Origin: an uncultured Pseudomonadota bacterium
Lineage (GTDB): Bacteria; Oederibacteriota; Muellerivitia; Muellerivitales; Muellerivitaceae
Assembly: GCA_963836235.1 (NCBI GenBank)
Contig: CAWIIP010000002.1
Span: 960,001 to 1,024,000 of the forward strand
Reading direction: 5' to 3'
DNA: 64,000 nt
The translations under genes and the position numbers were made by a program. Below the pieces are notes generated by a model. That model had not been told where the DNA came from. It saw only the letters and a program-made list of their open reading frames with translations, and did not search any database. Below, in pieces: positions 10,090-18,914 of the stretch; the stretch's first letter is position 1, and each line of letters starts with the position of its first letter.

Positions 10090-10121
10090 CAAGTGATGCA
10101 ATATACAATCAGAAAGACTTT

Positions 10122-11222
10122 TTAGGAAGTCTTGGCTTTATCGATCTCTGCGGCCCGTTTCTTAATCTCCCCGATCAAGTTAGGCACCAGTTCCTCTTCC
10201 TTCAGGCGGGTCTTAACCTCGCCCTTCTCGAAGATGACCCCGTGGCCTTTTTCAGCGCAAAGACCGACATCCGCCTCGGCGCCCTCTCCCAGTCCATTGA
10301 CCACACAGCCCATGATGGCAACCCGCATCGAAGTCTTCATGGTGAGAGTTGCCGTTTCCACGGCGTCCACCATGGATTCCAGGTCCACATGACAACGTCC
10401 ACAGGTCGGGCAAGCCACAATCTCCACGCCTTCCTTCCGGAAACCCATGGAACGAAGCAAATGGGTGGCAACCTTCACTTCCTCGACCGGATCGGCGGTG
10501 AGAGAAACCCGGATGGTATCGCCCAGACCGTCCGCTAAAACCGCGCCCATGCCAGCCGCGCTCTTCGTGATTCCCTGCATTTTGGTGCCGGCCTCGGTCA
10601 CCCCCACGTGAAAAGGATAGTCGCACTGCTCGGCCAAGAGCCGGTAGGATCGAATCATCGTCGGAACATGGGAGCTCTTCACCGAAATGATCATGCCGTA
10701 ATAGCCCAGGGACTCGATGAACTTAATGTGCCGCATGGCCGATTCCACGATGGCTTCGGGGGTTGGGTGACCATATTTTTCGAGCAAGTCTTTTTCAAGG
10801 GATCCCGAGTTGACGCCTACCCTCATAGCCACATTATGTTTTTTACACTTTTCAACCACTTGGGCCAGCCGATCCATTCCGCCGATATTGCCTGGATTAA
10901 TGCGAATCTTATCCGCCCCCTCGTCGATAGCGCCAAGCGCGATCTGGTAGGCAAAATGGATATCCGCCACCAGGGGAACCCGCATCTTGGCCTTGATCTT
11001 GGAAAGAGCCTTGAGGGATTTCTGGTTCTCGACCGTTACGCGAATAATCTCACAGCCCGCGTCTTCGAGGCGCTTGATCTGTTCCAGCGTCTCATCAACC
11101 TCATAGGTAAGAGTATTGGTCATGGACTGGATGGAAATAGGGGCATCCCCGCCCACTTTCACCTTCCCCACCATCACGGGGCGGGTCTTGCGGCGCTGGA
11201 TTTCGTAGAATTGTTCGGCCAT
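10122..11222 (-). CDS. ispG: HMBPP synthase IspG (short form)
   Basis: IQSMTNT, ADIHF, RINPGNIG, GVNSGSL, GDTIRVSL, CPTCGR, MGCVVNG; start taken at MAEQF. Confidence 0.96.
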   Translation of the reverse strand: MAEQFYEIQRRKTRPVMVGKVKVGGDAPISIQSMTNTLTYEVDETLEQIKRLEDAGCEIIRVTVENQKSLKALSKIKAKMRVPLVADIHFAYQIALGAIDEGADKIRINPGNIGGMDRLAQVVEKCKKHNVAMRVGVNSGSLEKDLLEKYGHPTPEAIVESAMRHIKFIESLGYYGMIISVKSSHVPTMIRSYRLLAEQCDYPFHVGVTEAGTKMQGITKSAAGMGAVLADGLGDTIRVSLTADPVEEVKVATHLLRSMGFRKEGVEIVACPTCGRCHVDLESMVDAVETATLTMKTSMRVAIMGCVVNGLGEGAEADVGLCAEKGHGVIFEKGEVKTRLKEEELVPNLIGEIKKRAAEIDKAKTS

Positions 11223-11328
11223 TTTGTCCTCTAAAAAAATATTAGCCTCAGGAAAATCAAAGGTTCCTAGATTATCCGGCACCTAGTCCCTTGTTTCAAG
11301 AACACAAAATCTCATTAAAATTGAGGCA

Positions 11329-13788
11329 TTACCGTTGTATCAGCAATTTCATGATTTGGTGGTTTTCCGATCCACCGGTCTTGATGTAAAGCGCCACGTA
11401 ATAAAGCCCATTCGCCAGGTTGAGGCTCGCCTTGCCCCAATCCAAGCTGTATTTCCATTGCCCGGCACCGATGGGTAATATGTCGTCCTCGTACACCTTT
11501 CGGCAGGCCAGGGTAAAGATCTTTACCTTCACCTGGTCAGCGGGGCTCGTCAGGTTGTAGTAAAAACTTAGGAGCGTGCCGTCCTTCAGCGGATTGGGAA
11601 AAAGGAGGCCAACATGTTCGGGCGTGGGAGTTGGCGTCGGTGAAAGGGTGGGCGTCGGCGTGACCGTGGGGGTGCAGGTATGACCCGCACCGTCGGTGCA
11701 GGGGGTGGAAGTCATGGTGGGAGTCGGGGTGGTCTGGCGGACGAACTGCAATACCGAGATGGAATAGGGCTGGAAGGTAACGGGGAAGGAACTGGAAGCG
11801 CCTGTGAAGGTGACAGTCGTCGGGGCGGTATCGGGGGCGGCGTGATAAGGCGTAGACCCAGTATTCACCCATTGATAATTCGTCGAATTAAAAGTCCACC
11901 CCTTGGCGTTGCCATTGGGCGTAAAGGGCAGTCCGGTGATCAAGCTATTGTAGATATTCGTGGGGTCCTCGTTGATGACCAGCATGGAAAAAATCCCGTC
12001 GGGCCGATAGTCCGAATAGGCGATAAGAAGGGATGCCGGAGCCCCCGGCCCGCTGATGGCGGTGGAAATAAGCTGATGGGCGTTGGTATCGCCCGGAATC
12101 GCCCAGTCGTTGGTCATCATCTGCATGGCCCAGTAAGTGGCGTGGGGCTGGTACTGATAACCATCGTTGTTGACGTTCAAGTAACCCAGATCGCCCCCGC
12201 CGGAATTGGTTTCATCGCTTCCCCCGTTCAGAGTGTCCCACAGGTTGCTATAACCCCGGCTTCCGAAATCGGCGATGAAATGCCCTAGTGCGTCGGCCAC
12301 CCAAAGCCCGTTGCCCAGTTGCACCTGGAAATTCTCGTCGCTGGGGTCCACGTTATATTCGCTCATCAGAACCGGCACGGTGGTGGGGCTGGCGACACCC
12401 GCGCCGGTAAGCCAGCCGTTTAACTCGCCTGGGTAGGCATCGAGAGTAGAGGTGCTGGCCAAGGCGCTGGCGGCGGAATAACTACCGTAATTGGGATACC
12501 AGTGGTAATCAACGGCATCCAGATCCCCAATAGCCCCTTTCGCGGCCAGGATGCTGATGAAATCCTGCACAACCGAATTCCCGTCGTACATATTGGAAGT
12601 GTCGTCAAAGCCGCCCGCTACTGGGCCGGTAATGATGATGGACACCCCATCGCTGGCGGCTTCCGCCTTCATGGCGTTGTAATATTCAATGTAACGCCGC
12701 ACATAATCCTGAGTGGGAATGGGCCCACCTGTTTCCCAGCTACCCTCGGTTTCATTTCCGATCTGCCAATATTTGATTCTGTATCCTTTGACCGCGTTGG
12801 CGTAATGCACCCAGGCCGCGGCTTCCTGGGGCGTGCCCGTTCCGAAATTGACGGTGATGAGCGGAACAGCACGCGTCGGGGTGAAGGCATTGATATAGGT
12901 CATGTAGGCCGCGAAATCCGTCATCCATGAAAGATTGGTTGTGGACTGGGTGGAGGCGGGGTCCATGCTGGAAACCTCGACTTGGGTCTGGTTCGATCCC
13001 GATGAATTGTTGACCGAAACCTGGGTGCCGGCGCCATAGAGCGTCGCCTCCGCGATGGCATAAGCCCCGCCGGCCCCGGCCGAACTAGCGGTCATCAGCA
13101 CCCGGAAGAATTGGGCCGTCACCCCGGTAAAATTCACCCCCTGGGTTCCCCCTGTGCCCGTCACAGTTGAAATGGTGATCCATTGGTTTGAGGAATTATC
13201 GTCCAAGGGATAGTCCCCGTTGATGGGCCAATATTGGATTTGAAAGGCGGAGGCATAGGGCGTTCCCCAGGTAATGGTAACGGCGCTCACGAAAGCCGGT
13301 CCCGAAAGGTCCAACTCGGCCCATTGCTGGTTGGGAAAATCGGTATCGACATTGGATAACCAAGTAGTGGCGGTATTGCCATCGGTGATCTGGGAAGGTG
13401 AACCGTTACCGGCGGTGGTACCCTCATAGGTCGCGTTATCCGGGAACCCGGTGGTGTAATTGGTATTGTCCGGCACCCAATAACCGCTGGCATTGTAGGT
13501 TCCCGTGCCGTTCCAGTGGTAACCATCCGAGGCGGAGCCGCCTGGGTAGCGTAAAAAATAGTTCCCGGCGGCCTGCACCTTGGGCCGGACATTCAGGTTG
13601 TCCGTATTGCCGATCCAATAGGCCGTATTGTTGCCGAAAATGCTGATGGGATAAAAAGCGGTGAGAGTCGTCGCGGCGTTCACTGTGATAGTGGCGGGCA
13701 TGGTTTGGGCGCTGGAGAAACCGGGCAGGCCCAACACGAAGGCGAGCGTCATTCCCATCGCGAGCGGAGTGGGCCTTTTAAATTTCAT
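11329..13788 (-). CDS. Secreted clan GH-A glycoside hydrolase (GH44/GH51-like) with inserted F5/8 type C (CBM32) domain, PT linker and C-terminal sorting-like domain
   Basis: Signal peptide; LRYPGGS, YWQIGNE (acid/base), MSEYN (nucleophile); discoidin motifs DGNTATTW and WAELDL; tail FPNP...KIFTLACRKV...LANGLYY...KLLIQR. Confidence 0.75.
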   Translation of the reverse strand: MKFKRPTPLAMGMTLAFVLGLPGFSSAQTMPATITVNAATTLTAFYPISIFGNNTAYWIGNTDNLNVRPKVQAAGNYFLRYPGGSASDGYHWNGTGTYNASGYWVPDNTNYTTGFPDNATYEGTTAGNGSPSQITDGNTATTWLSNVDTDFPNQQWAELDLSGPAFVSAVTITWGTPYASAFQIQYWPINGDYPLDDNSSNQWITISTVTGTGGTQGVNFTGVTAQFFRVLMTASSAGAGGAYAIAEATLYGAGTQVSVNNSSGSNQTQVEVSSMDPASTQSTTNLSWMTDFAAYMTYINAFTPTRAVPLITVNFGTGTPQEAAAWVHYANAVKGYRIKYWQIGNETEGSWETGGPIPTQDYVRRYIEYYNAMKAEAASDGVSIIITGPVAGGFDDTSNMYDGNSVVQDFISILAAKGAIGDLDAVDYHWYPNYGSYSAASALASTSTLDAYPGELNGWLTGAGVASPTTVPVLMSEYNVDPSDENFQVQLGNGLWVADALGHFIADFGSRGYSNLWDTLNGGSDETNSGGGDLGYLNVNNDGYQYQPHATYWAMQMMTNDWAIPGDTNAHQLISTAISGPGAPASLLIAYSDYRPDGIFSMLVINEDPTNIYNSLITGLPFTPNGNAKGWTFNSTNYQWVNTGSTPYHAAPDTAPTTVTFTGASSSFPVTFQPYSISVLQFVRQTTPTPTMTSTPCTDGAGHTCTPTVTPTPTLSPTPTPTPEHVGLLFPNPLKDGTLLSFYYNLTSPADQVKVKIFTLACRKVYEDDILPIGAGQWKYSLDWGKASLNLANGLYYVALYIKTGGSENHQIMKLLIQR

Positions 13789-13808
13789 CTTGATTGAAAC
13801 TCCCGGTG

Positions 13809-13843
13809 AAAAAAGAAAAGCCGAATCTTATGGATTCGGCTTT
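13809..13843 (-). terminator. Intrinsic terminator or attenuator between the two GH paralogs
   Basis: AAAGCCGAATC-N5-GATTCGGCTTT followed by a U tract on the minus strand. Confidence 0.7.
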
Positions 13844-13880
13844 CGGGATTATAACCGCTATTGATTAAAGAAAACTCTCC

Positions 13881-16800
13881 CTATCGAATGACAAGCAGTT
13901 TCATCACTTGTTGGGTACGGGAATCGCCCGTTTTGATGTCGAGTACTACGTAATAAAGCCCGTTGGCAGCGTCCAGGCTATTTAATCCCCAATAGAAAGT
14001 GTAAAGATGCCCGCCGGGAGAGGTCTCCAGGTTATCGTCCTCAAAAATCTTGCGGAAGGCCAGGGTGAAAACCTTCACTTTCACCTCGTCCGTGGTTTCC
14101 GGAACTTGATAGGAAAGTTTCAAAAGCCCTCCGCCCGTGAAGGGATTGGGGAAAACCCCGGTAATGGCCGGAGTAGAAGTGGGGGTCGACGAAGAAGTCG
14201 GAGTGTCGGTGACGGTCGGGCTGCTTGTAGGCGTGTTTGAGGGAGTCGCGGTCATCATCGCGATGGCAATCGTGGCTCCAGCCACGGGCATATTCGCGAA
14301 GAGGACAGCCTGGCCATTCGTTCCAGCTCCGCCTGTTATGCTGAAGGAATAGCTTCCTATCGGCGCGCTATTCGAGAAGTTTGCCACTACTTGATAAGTC
14401 ACCGCCCCGTTACTGGGGGGAATGGTATCCGTGAAATTGAAGGTGGCGGCCGATCCGCTGAAACTGGCGGTGGAAATAACCGTTCCATTGCTTACCAGCG
14501 ATACGGAAGTGATTCCCGTCGGGGAAGTGCCCGACTCGGTCAGGGTCAAACTGCTTAAAGTGACGCTGTTGCCGCCCGGGTTAGTCAGTTGGATTTGCTG
14601 TACCGGGACGCCAACAGCCCCCTGGCCCTGGGTGGAGCCGTTCGGTGGACTGGATCCTTGTGAAGCTTGGACCGTCACAGGCGTTGGAGTAAAGGTAACC
14701 GTGACCGTCGCGGTCGGTGAATTTGTAGGTGTATTCGTGGGGGTAACGGTCGCCAGGGGCGTGGGGGTATAGGTGCAGGTGTTTCCAAAGCCATCCATGC
14801 AGACGGTATTGGTGACAGTGAGAGTAGGAGTGGCACTGGGTGTCGGGCTTGAAGTGGCGGTTGGTGAATCCGTCGGAGTTCCGGTTAAGGTTGGCGTCGG
14901 AGAATTAGTTTGAGAATTGGTAGGGGTTCCGGAGGAAGTGGCAGTAGATGAATTTGTCGGGGTGCCGGTAAGGGTAGCAGTCGGGCTATTCGTGGGTGAA
15001 GAGGTGGGCGTCCCCGTGAGGGTGGCACTCGGAGTATTGGTGGGAGTCTTGGTAGCGGTCGCAGAGGGCGTTCCAGTCGGAGTGCTGGTGGGGATACCCG
15101 AATTGGTGAATTGGATAACGTTGATGGAAGAAGGGCTGAAGGTTACCGGGAAGGAAGTGGAAACTCCCGTCAACAAAGCCGTCGTGGGCGCGGTATCCGG
15201 ATTGGCGTTATAGGGAGTCGTGGTAGTCTGCCAGACGTAATTAGTGGTGTTGAAGGTCCAGGAATTGGCGGTGGTGTTGGGGACAAAGGGGCCGATATTG
15301 AGGGTCGTAGCGTAGGAATTCGTGGAATCTTCATTGACCACCATCAAGGAAAGCACACCGTCCGGGCGATAGTCGGCATAGGAAACCAATGTTGCCGCGC
15401 TACTGGTGGTGTTGACTAATTCGTGGGTGCTGGAATCCCCTTGGATAGCCCAGTCCGTCGCCATCATCTGCATAGCCCAATAGGTGGCGTGTTGCTGGTA
15501 GGGGGAAGAATTGTCCAGGTAACCCAGGTCCCCATCGGTAGCAACGGTATGATCGCTGCCGCCGTTAATCACGTCCCAAAGGTTGGAAAAACCCGTACTG
15601 CCGAAACCTTTAATGAAAGCGCCCAGCCAATCCGCTAGCCAAAGGCCGTTGGCCTCCTGAACAGTGGCATTGGAAGCGACGGCGTTCGCGTTGGAGTTGT
15701 ACTCGCTCATGAGCACCGGAATACTGGAAAGGCTCAAGCCCACCGCGCTAAGCCAGTTACCAAGGGTCACGGGAAAATTGGCCAATTGGCCCGGCGTGGA
15801 AAAACCAGCTGGAAAGGCGGTCAACCCCGGATACCAGTGGAAATCCATCCCACCCAGGTCGGCAATGGCGTTTCCCCCGGGATTGTTGTAAAGCCTCAAA
15901 AGGAAATCCTGAATGTAGCTATTGCTGTCGTAGGCGTTGGACGCGGCGTTGGGGGAACCACTGACCGGTCCTACGATGGTGATAGGCACCCCGTCACTGG
16001 AAGCCTCGGCCTGCATGGCGTTGTAATATTCGATGAACCTTCGGCCATAGTCGTTAGCGTTCATGGGCCCGCCCGTTTCCCAGTTGCCGTTAGTCTCGTT
16101 CCCGATCTGCCAGTAATGGATGCCATAGCTCTTCACCGCGTTGGCGTAATGGACCCAGGAAGCCGCTTCCGAGGGCGTGCCCGTGCCCACGTTGACGGTG
16201 ATCAGCGGAATGCCCTTGGGGGAAAAGGAACTCACTTCGGTCATATAGGTATTGAAGTCAAAAGAAGGCGTGGAGTAGCTGGGGGCAAGAGGTTGTTCGG
16301 GATTGGTAGAGGCGCAGGTTTGGCTGGAAGCCGGATCCATGCTGGAGGCCGTCACGTTGTATTGGTTGGCTTGAGTATTGGGAGGACTGGCATTCTTAAC
16401 GTACTGGGTCGCACCGTTGAAAAGGGAAAGTTCGGCGATGGCGTAGGGGGCTCCCGCCCCGCCCGAACTGGCGGTCATGAGAATACGAATATAACGGGTG
16501 GAAACGGAAGTAAAACTGACGACCTGGGTACCACCGGTGCCCGCCACCGTTCCGGCGGAGGTATTGGTCCAGATGGTTTCGGTGGCGCTGGTATAGGGAG
16601 CGGCATTGGCATTGTCATATTGGACTTCAAAGGAGGTTGCGTAGGGATTTCCCCAGACAATGGAAACGGAACTGACCGCCGTGCCGGTGGCTCCCAGGTC
16701 TATGTAAACCCATTGGTGATCTGGCAAGTCGGTGTCGATATTAGACATCCAGGTGGTGGCGGTATTTCCGTCGTCAATATTGGAAGGATAGGCGTAGCTG

Positions 16801-17183
16801 GTGGAAGTGGTGCCCCGGTAAACAGCGCAGCCCTGCCAGCCAATGGCATAGCTGGTACCGCTTGGCACCCAATAATGGTTGGCGTCGAAGCTGCCGGAAC
16901 CGTTCCAGTGGTAGTCGTCGGAAGAGGAACCTCCCGGATAGCGCAGGAAGTAGTTCCCCGCCGCTTGGACCTTTGCCGCGACCGCGGAGTTGGTGGCGGA
17001 GGAAACCCAATAAGCCATATTGTTTCCGAAAATATGGATGGGCACGAAGGAAGTGATGGTAGAAGCGCCGTTCACGGTGATGGAAGCGGGAGTTTGCGCG
17101 CCGGTGGGGAGAGTCATTCCCAGCAAAAGACAACCCAGGCCGGCAACCAAGAAAATGTTTTTGATTTGGAATTTCGAATTCAT
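13881..17183 (-). CDS. Secreted clan GH-A glycoside hydrolase paralog with CBM32 insert, long PT linker, Ig-like module and C-terminal sorting-like domain
   Basis: Same motifs as 11329..13788 (LRYPGGS, YWQIGNE, MSEYN); TPT repeats; tail VFPNP...KVFTLAFRKI...ANGLYY...KLLVIR. Confidence 0.75.
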   Translation of the reverse strand: MNSKFQIKNIFLVAGLGCLLLGMTLPTGAQTPASITVNGASTITSFVPIHIFGNNMAYWVSSATNSAVAAKVQAAGNYFLRYPGGSSSDDYHWNGSGSFDANHYWVPSGTSYAIGWQGCAVYRGTTSTSYAYPSNIDDGNTATTWMSNIDTDLPDHQWVYIDLGATGTAVSSVSIVWGNPYATSFEVQYDNANAAPYTSATETIWTNTSAGTVAGTGGTQVVSFTSVSTRYIRILMTASSGGAGAPYAIAELSLFNGATQYVKNASPPNTQANQYNVTASSMDPASSQTCASTNPEQPLAPSYSTPSFDFNTYMTEVSSFSPKGIPLITVNVGTGTPSEAASWVHYANAVKSYGIHYWQIGNETNGNWETGGPMNANDYGRRFIEYYNAMQAEASSDGVPITIVGPVSGSPNAASNAYDSNSYIQDFLLRLYNNPGGNAIADLGGMDFHWYPGLTAFPAGFSTPGQLANFPVTLGNWLSAVGLSLSSIPVLMSEYNSNANAVASNATVQEANGLWLADWLGAFIKGFGSTGFSNLWDVINGGSDHTVATDGDLGYLDNSSPYQQHATYWAMQMMATDWAIQGDSSTHELVNTTSSAATLVSYADYRPDGVLSLMVVNEDSTNSYATTLNIGPFVPNTTANSWTFNTTNYVWQTTTTPYNANPDTAPTTALLTGVSTSFPVTFSPSSINVIQFTNSGIPTSTPTGTPSATATKTPTNTPSATLTGTPTSSPTNSPTATLTGTPTNSSTATSSGTPTNSQTNSPTPTLTGTPTDSPTATSSPTPSATPTLTVTNTVCMDGFGNTCTYTPTPLATVTPTNTPTNSPTATVTVTFTPTPVTVQASQGSSPPNGSTQGQGAVGVPVQQIQLTNPGGNSVTLSSLTLTESGTSPTGITSVSLVSNGTVISTASFSGSAATFNFTDTIPPSNGAVTYQVVANFSNSAPIGSYSFSITGGAGTNGQAVLFANMPVAGATIAIAMMTATPSNTPTSSPTVTDTPTSSSTPTSTPAITGVFPNPFTGGGLLKLSYQVPETTDEVKVKVFTLAFRKIFEDDNLETSPGGHLYTFYWGLNSLDAANGLYYVVLDIKTGDSRTQQVMKLLVIR

Positions 17184-17200
17184 CAAAACCTTGTTTTTAC

Positions 17201-17326
17201 AAAAAATAAAAGCCGAAAATCAAATTTCCTTTTCGGCTCGGCTGCACAGTTTAACTAAAAAATATGCAGAAAACATGCCATTTAAAGACAGGCACTTTTT
17301 CAAGCCGAACCTTGAAATTATTCGGC
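17201..17326 (-). promoter_or_regulatory. Candidate attenuator leader (terminator/antiterminator)
   Basis: Terminator stem 17211-17238 with a U tract ending 18 nt before the ATG; alternative pairing of 17301-17309 with 17232-17240. Confidence 0.5.
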
Positions 17327-17341
17327 AAGTTCTTTAGCACG

Positions 17342-17351
17342 AAAGCGCTTT
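17342..17351. promoter_or_regulatory. Candidate LacI-family operator
   Basis: Perfect palindrome AAAGCGCTTT upstream of the GH gene. Confidence 0.4.
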
Positions 17352-17489
17352 TTTAATATTTTTTGACGAATTCGTTGGAAATTATTTTCGGACCACAAAG
17401 CGCGTTATTCAAACCGCGCATGAAGGAGAGTATCTAGGAATAAAAATAATAAATCCGTGGATAGAATCGCTTTGAAACAACCGAAACCG

Positions 17490-18725
17490 TTATCGTCGGA
17501 TCAGGACTTTCATCACCTTTTGATTCTGTTGGCCACCGCTTTTCGAAACAAACACAAAATAATAAAGCCCGTTGGCTAAATTCAGACTGGCCACATTTAC
17601 GACCTTGGTTTGAGGACCTTGACTGGCACCCAAGCTGTCATCCTCATAAATCTTTCGGAAGGACAGCGTGAATATTTTTAATTGAACCGCATCTTCCGCT
17701 TGGCTGTTTTGGTAATTAAAAGTAATGTCGTCCCCCGGGTTTGAGGCGTTCGGCCAAGGATTAGGATAGGCTACCAAAAGACTGGAAGGCGTAGCGGTCG
17801 GCGTGGGAGTGAAGGTAGGGGTGCACGTATTTCCGGGGTAACCACAAGGTGTCTCAGTTGGGGTCGGGGTGGATGTGGAAGTCGGAGTGAAGGTTGGAGT
17901 CCAACATGAATTGCTAACATAGGCACTGAATCCGCTGCTGGAGAAGGGAACTCCGCCGGTTCTGATTTCGATACCAGCCTCAATCGCCGAGAGATACCAG
18001 GATGGCTGGATATATCCGCGGTTCACGCAATCGTTGATGAAAGCCAGAAGATTCACATTATTGAAAGAGGTAATATTGGAATCCGCCATATAGGCAATGT
18101 AGTTCCAACCGACATTTCCCTCGTTAAGTCTCCATGTTGTGGTTGTATTACCAATAGTTAAACCGTCGGTTACATATGCTCCACCAGGCCCAGTCCCCGG
18201 CGTGAAATTTAGCCAGATCATCAATTCGGCGCTTTGAGTATTGAGTCCTGTGCCAGTGGATGTGGTAAACCAAATGTCATAGGCCGCGTCCCAAAGATCG
18301 CTACCCGTTTCGTTGGTAACGGCAATATTCCAACTGCTGGTTACACATTGAAGACTACTGACCAACATTGGAAGATTAGTACCGGAACTGCAAGACCCCG
18401 CGGGCTGGCATCCATAAACAATCGAAGGATAAGTCGCCACGTTATCCCCGCATGTAAAGTTCCCGCCTGTCACCGTGAAATCGCCGGTAGCATTGTTAAT
18501 TGTCATGCATTGCTGCGTGATGGGGCAAGGTCCTGAGTTCCAATAATTGGTCTGTACATAGTAGGAAGGGCTGCCAGTCGTGTTAACCGTAAGAAACTTG
18601 GCACATGTATTGGTGGTTTGGGCTTGGACCGAAAGGTTTAAACTTAAGAAATTCAAAGCGGCTAGCGCTAACGGCAAACCGGTTGTTGCTAAAATGGATT
18701 TAAGTTTTCTCAAATTTTCCTTCAA
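17490..18725 (-). CDS. Secreted GH12 endoglucanase with PT linker and C-terminal sorting-like domain
   Basis: VQTNYW, YPSIVYGC, DAAYDIW, AELMIWL and IEAGIEI (both catalytic Glu present); tail AYPNP...KIFTLSFRKI...LANGLYY...KVLIRR. Confidence 0.88.
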   Translation of the reverse strand: MKENLRKLKSILATTGLPLALAALNFLSLNLSVQAQTTNTCAKFLTVNTTGSPSYYVQTNYWNSGPCPITQQCMTINNATGDFTVTGGNFTCGDNVATYPSIVYGCQPAGSCSSGTNLPMLVSSLQCVTSSWNIAVTNETGSDLWDAAYDIWFTTSTGTGLNTQSAELMIWLNFTPGTGPGGAYVTDGLTIGNTTTTWRLNEGNVGWNYIAYMADSNITSFNNVNLLAFINDCVNRGYIQPSWYLSAIEAGIEIRTGGVPFSSSGFSAYVSNSCWTPTFTPTSTSTPTPTETPCGYPGNTCTPTFTPTPTATPSSLLVAYPNPWPNASNPGDDITFNYQNSQAEDAVQLKIFTLSFRKIYEDDSLGASQGPQTKVVNVASLNLANGLYYFVFVSKSGGQQNQKVMKVLIRR

Positions 18726-18816
18726 TTCATTAATGGATATCGGTAGATTAAAACGTTCAGAAAATATGCCACTAAAAGTCGAAAAAGGAAATGAAAAGGT
18801 CCAATTTTAGGAACTT

Positions 18817-18828
18817 AAAAGCGCTTTT
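18817..18828. promoter_or_regulatory. Candidate LacI-family operator
   Basis: Perfect palindrome AAAAGCGCTTTT upstream of the GH12 gene. Confidence 0.45.
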
Positions 18829-18914
18829 TCGGCATTAGACCGGTTTCAAACCTTTGGTTTACCCGATATGTTCCTTAAAAAATCTTTTCCTGGATTTCGT
18901 TTATAATCCAACCC

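Noticed and set aside
15786-17258. 490-aa plus-strand ORF
   Set aside because: Antisense shadow of the secreted GH gene; no recognisable motifs.
17334-17360. TTAGCAC, resembling a CIRCE left arm
   Set aside because: No GAGTGCTAA right arm at the 9-nt spacing, and not upstream of a chaperone gene.
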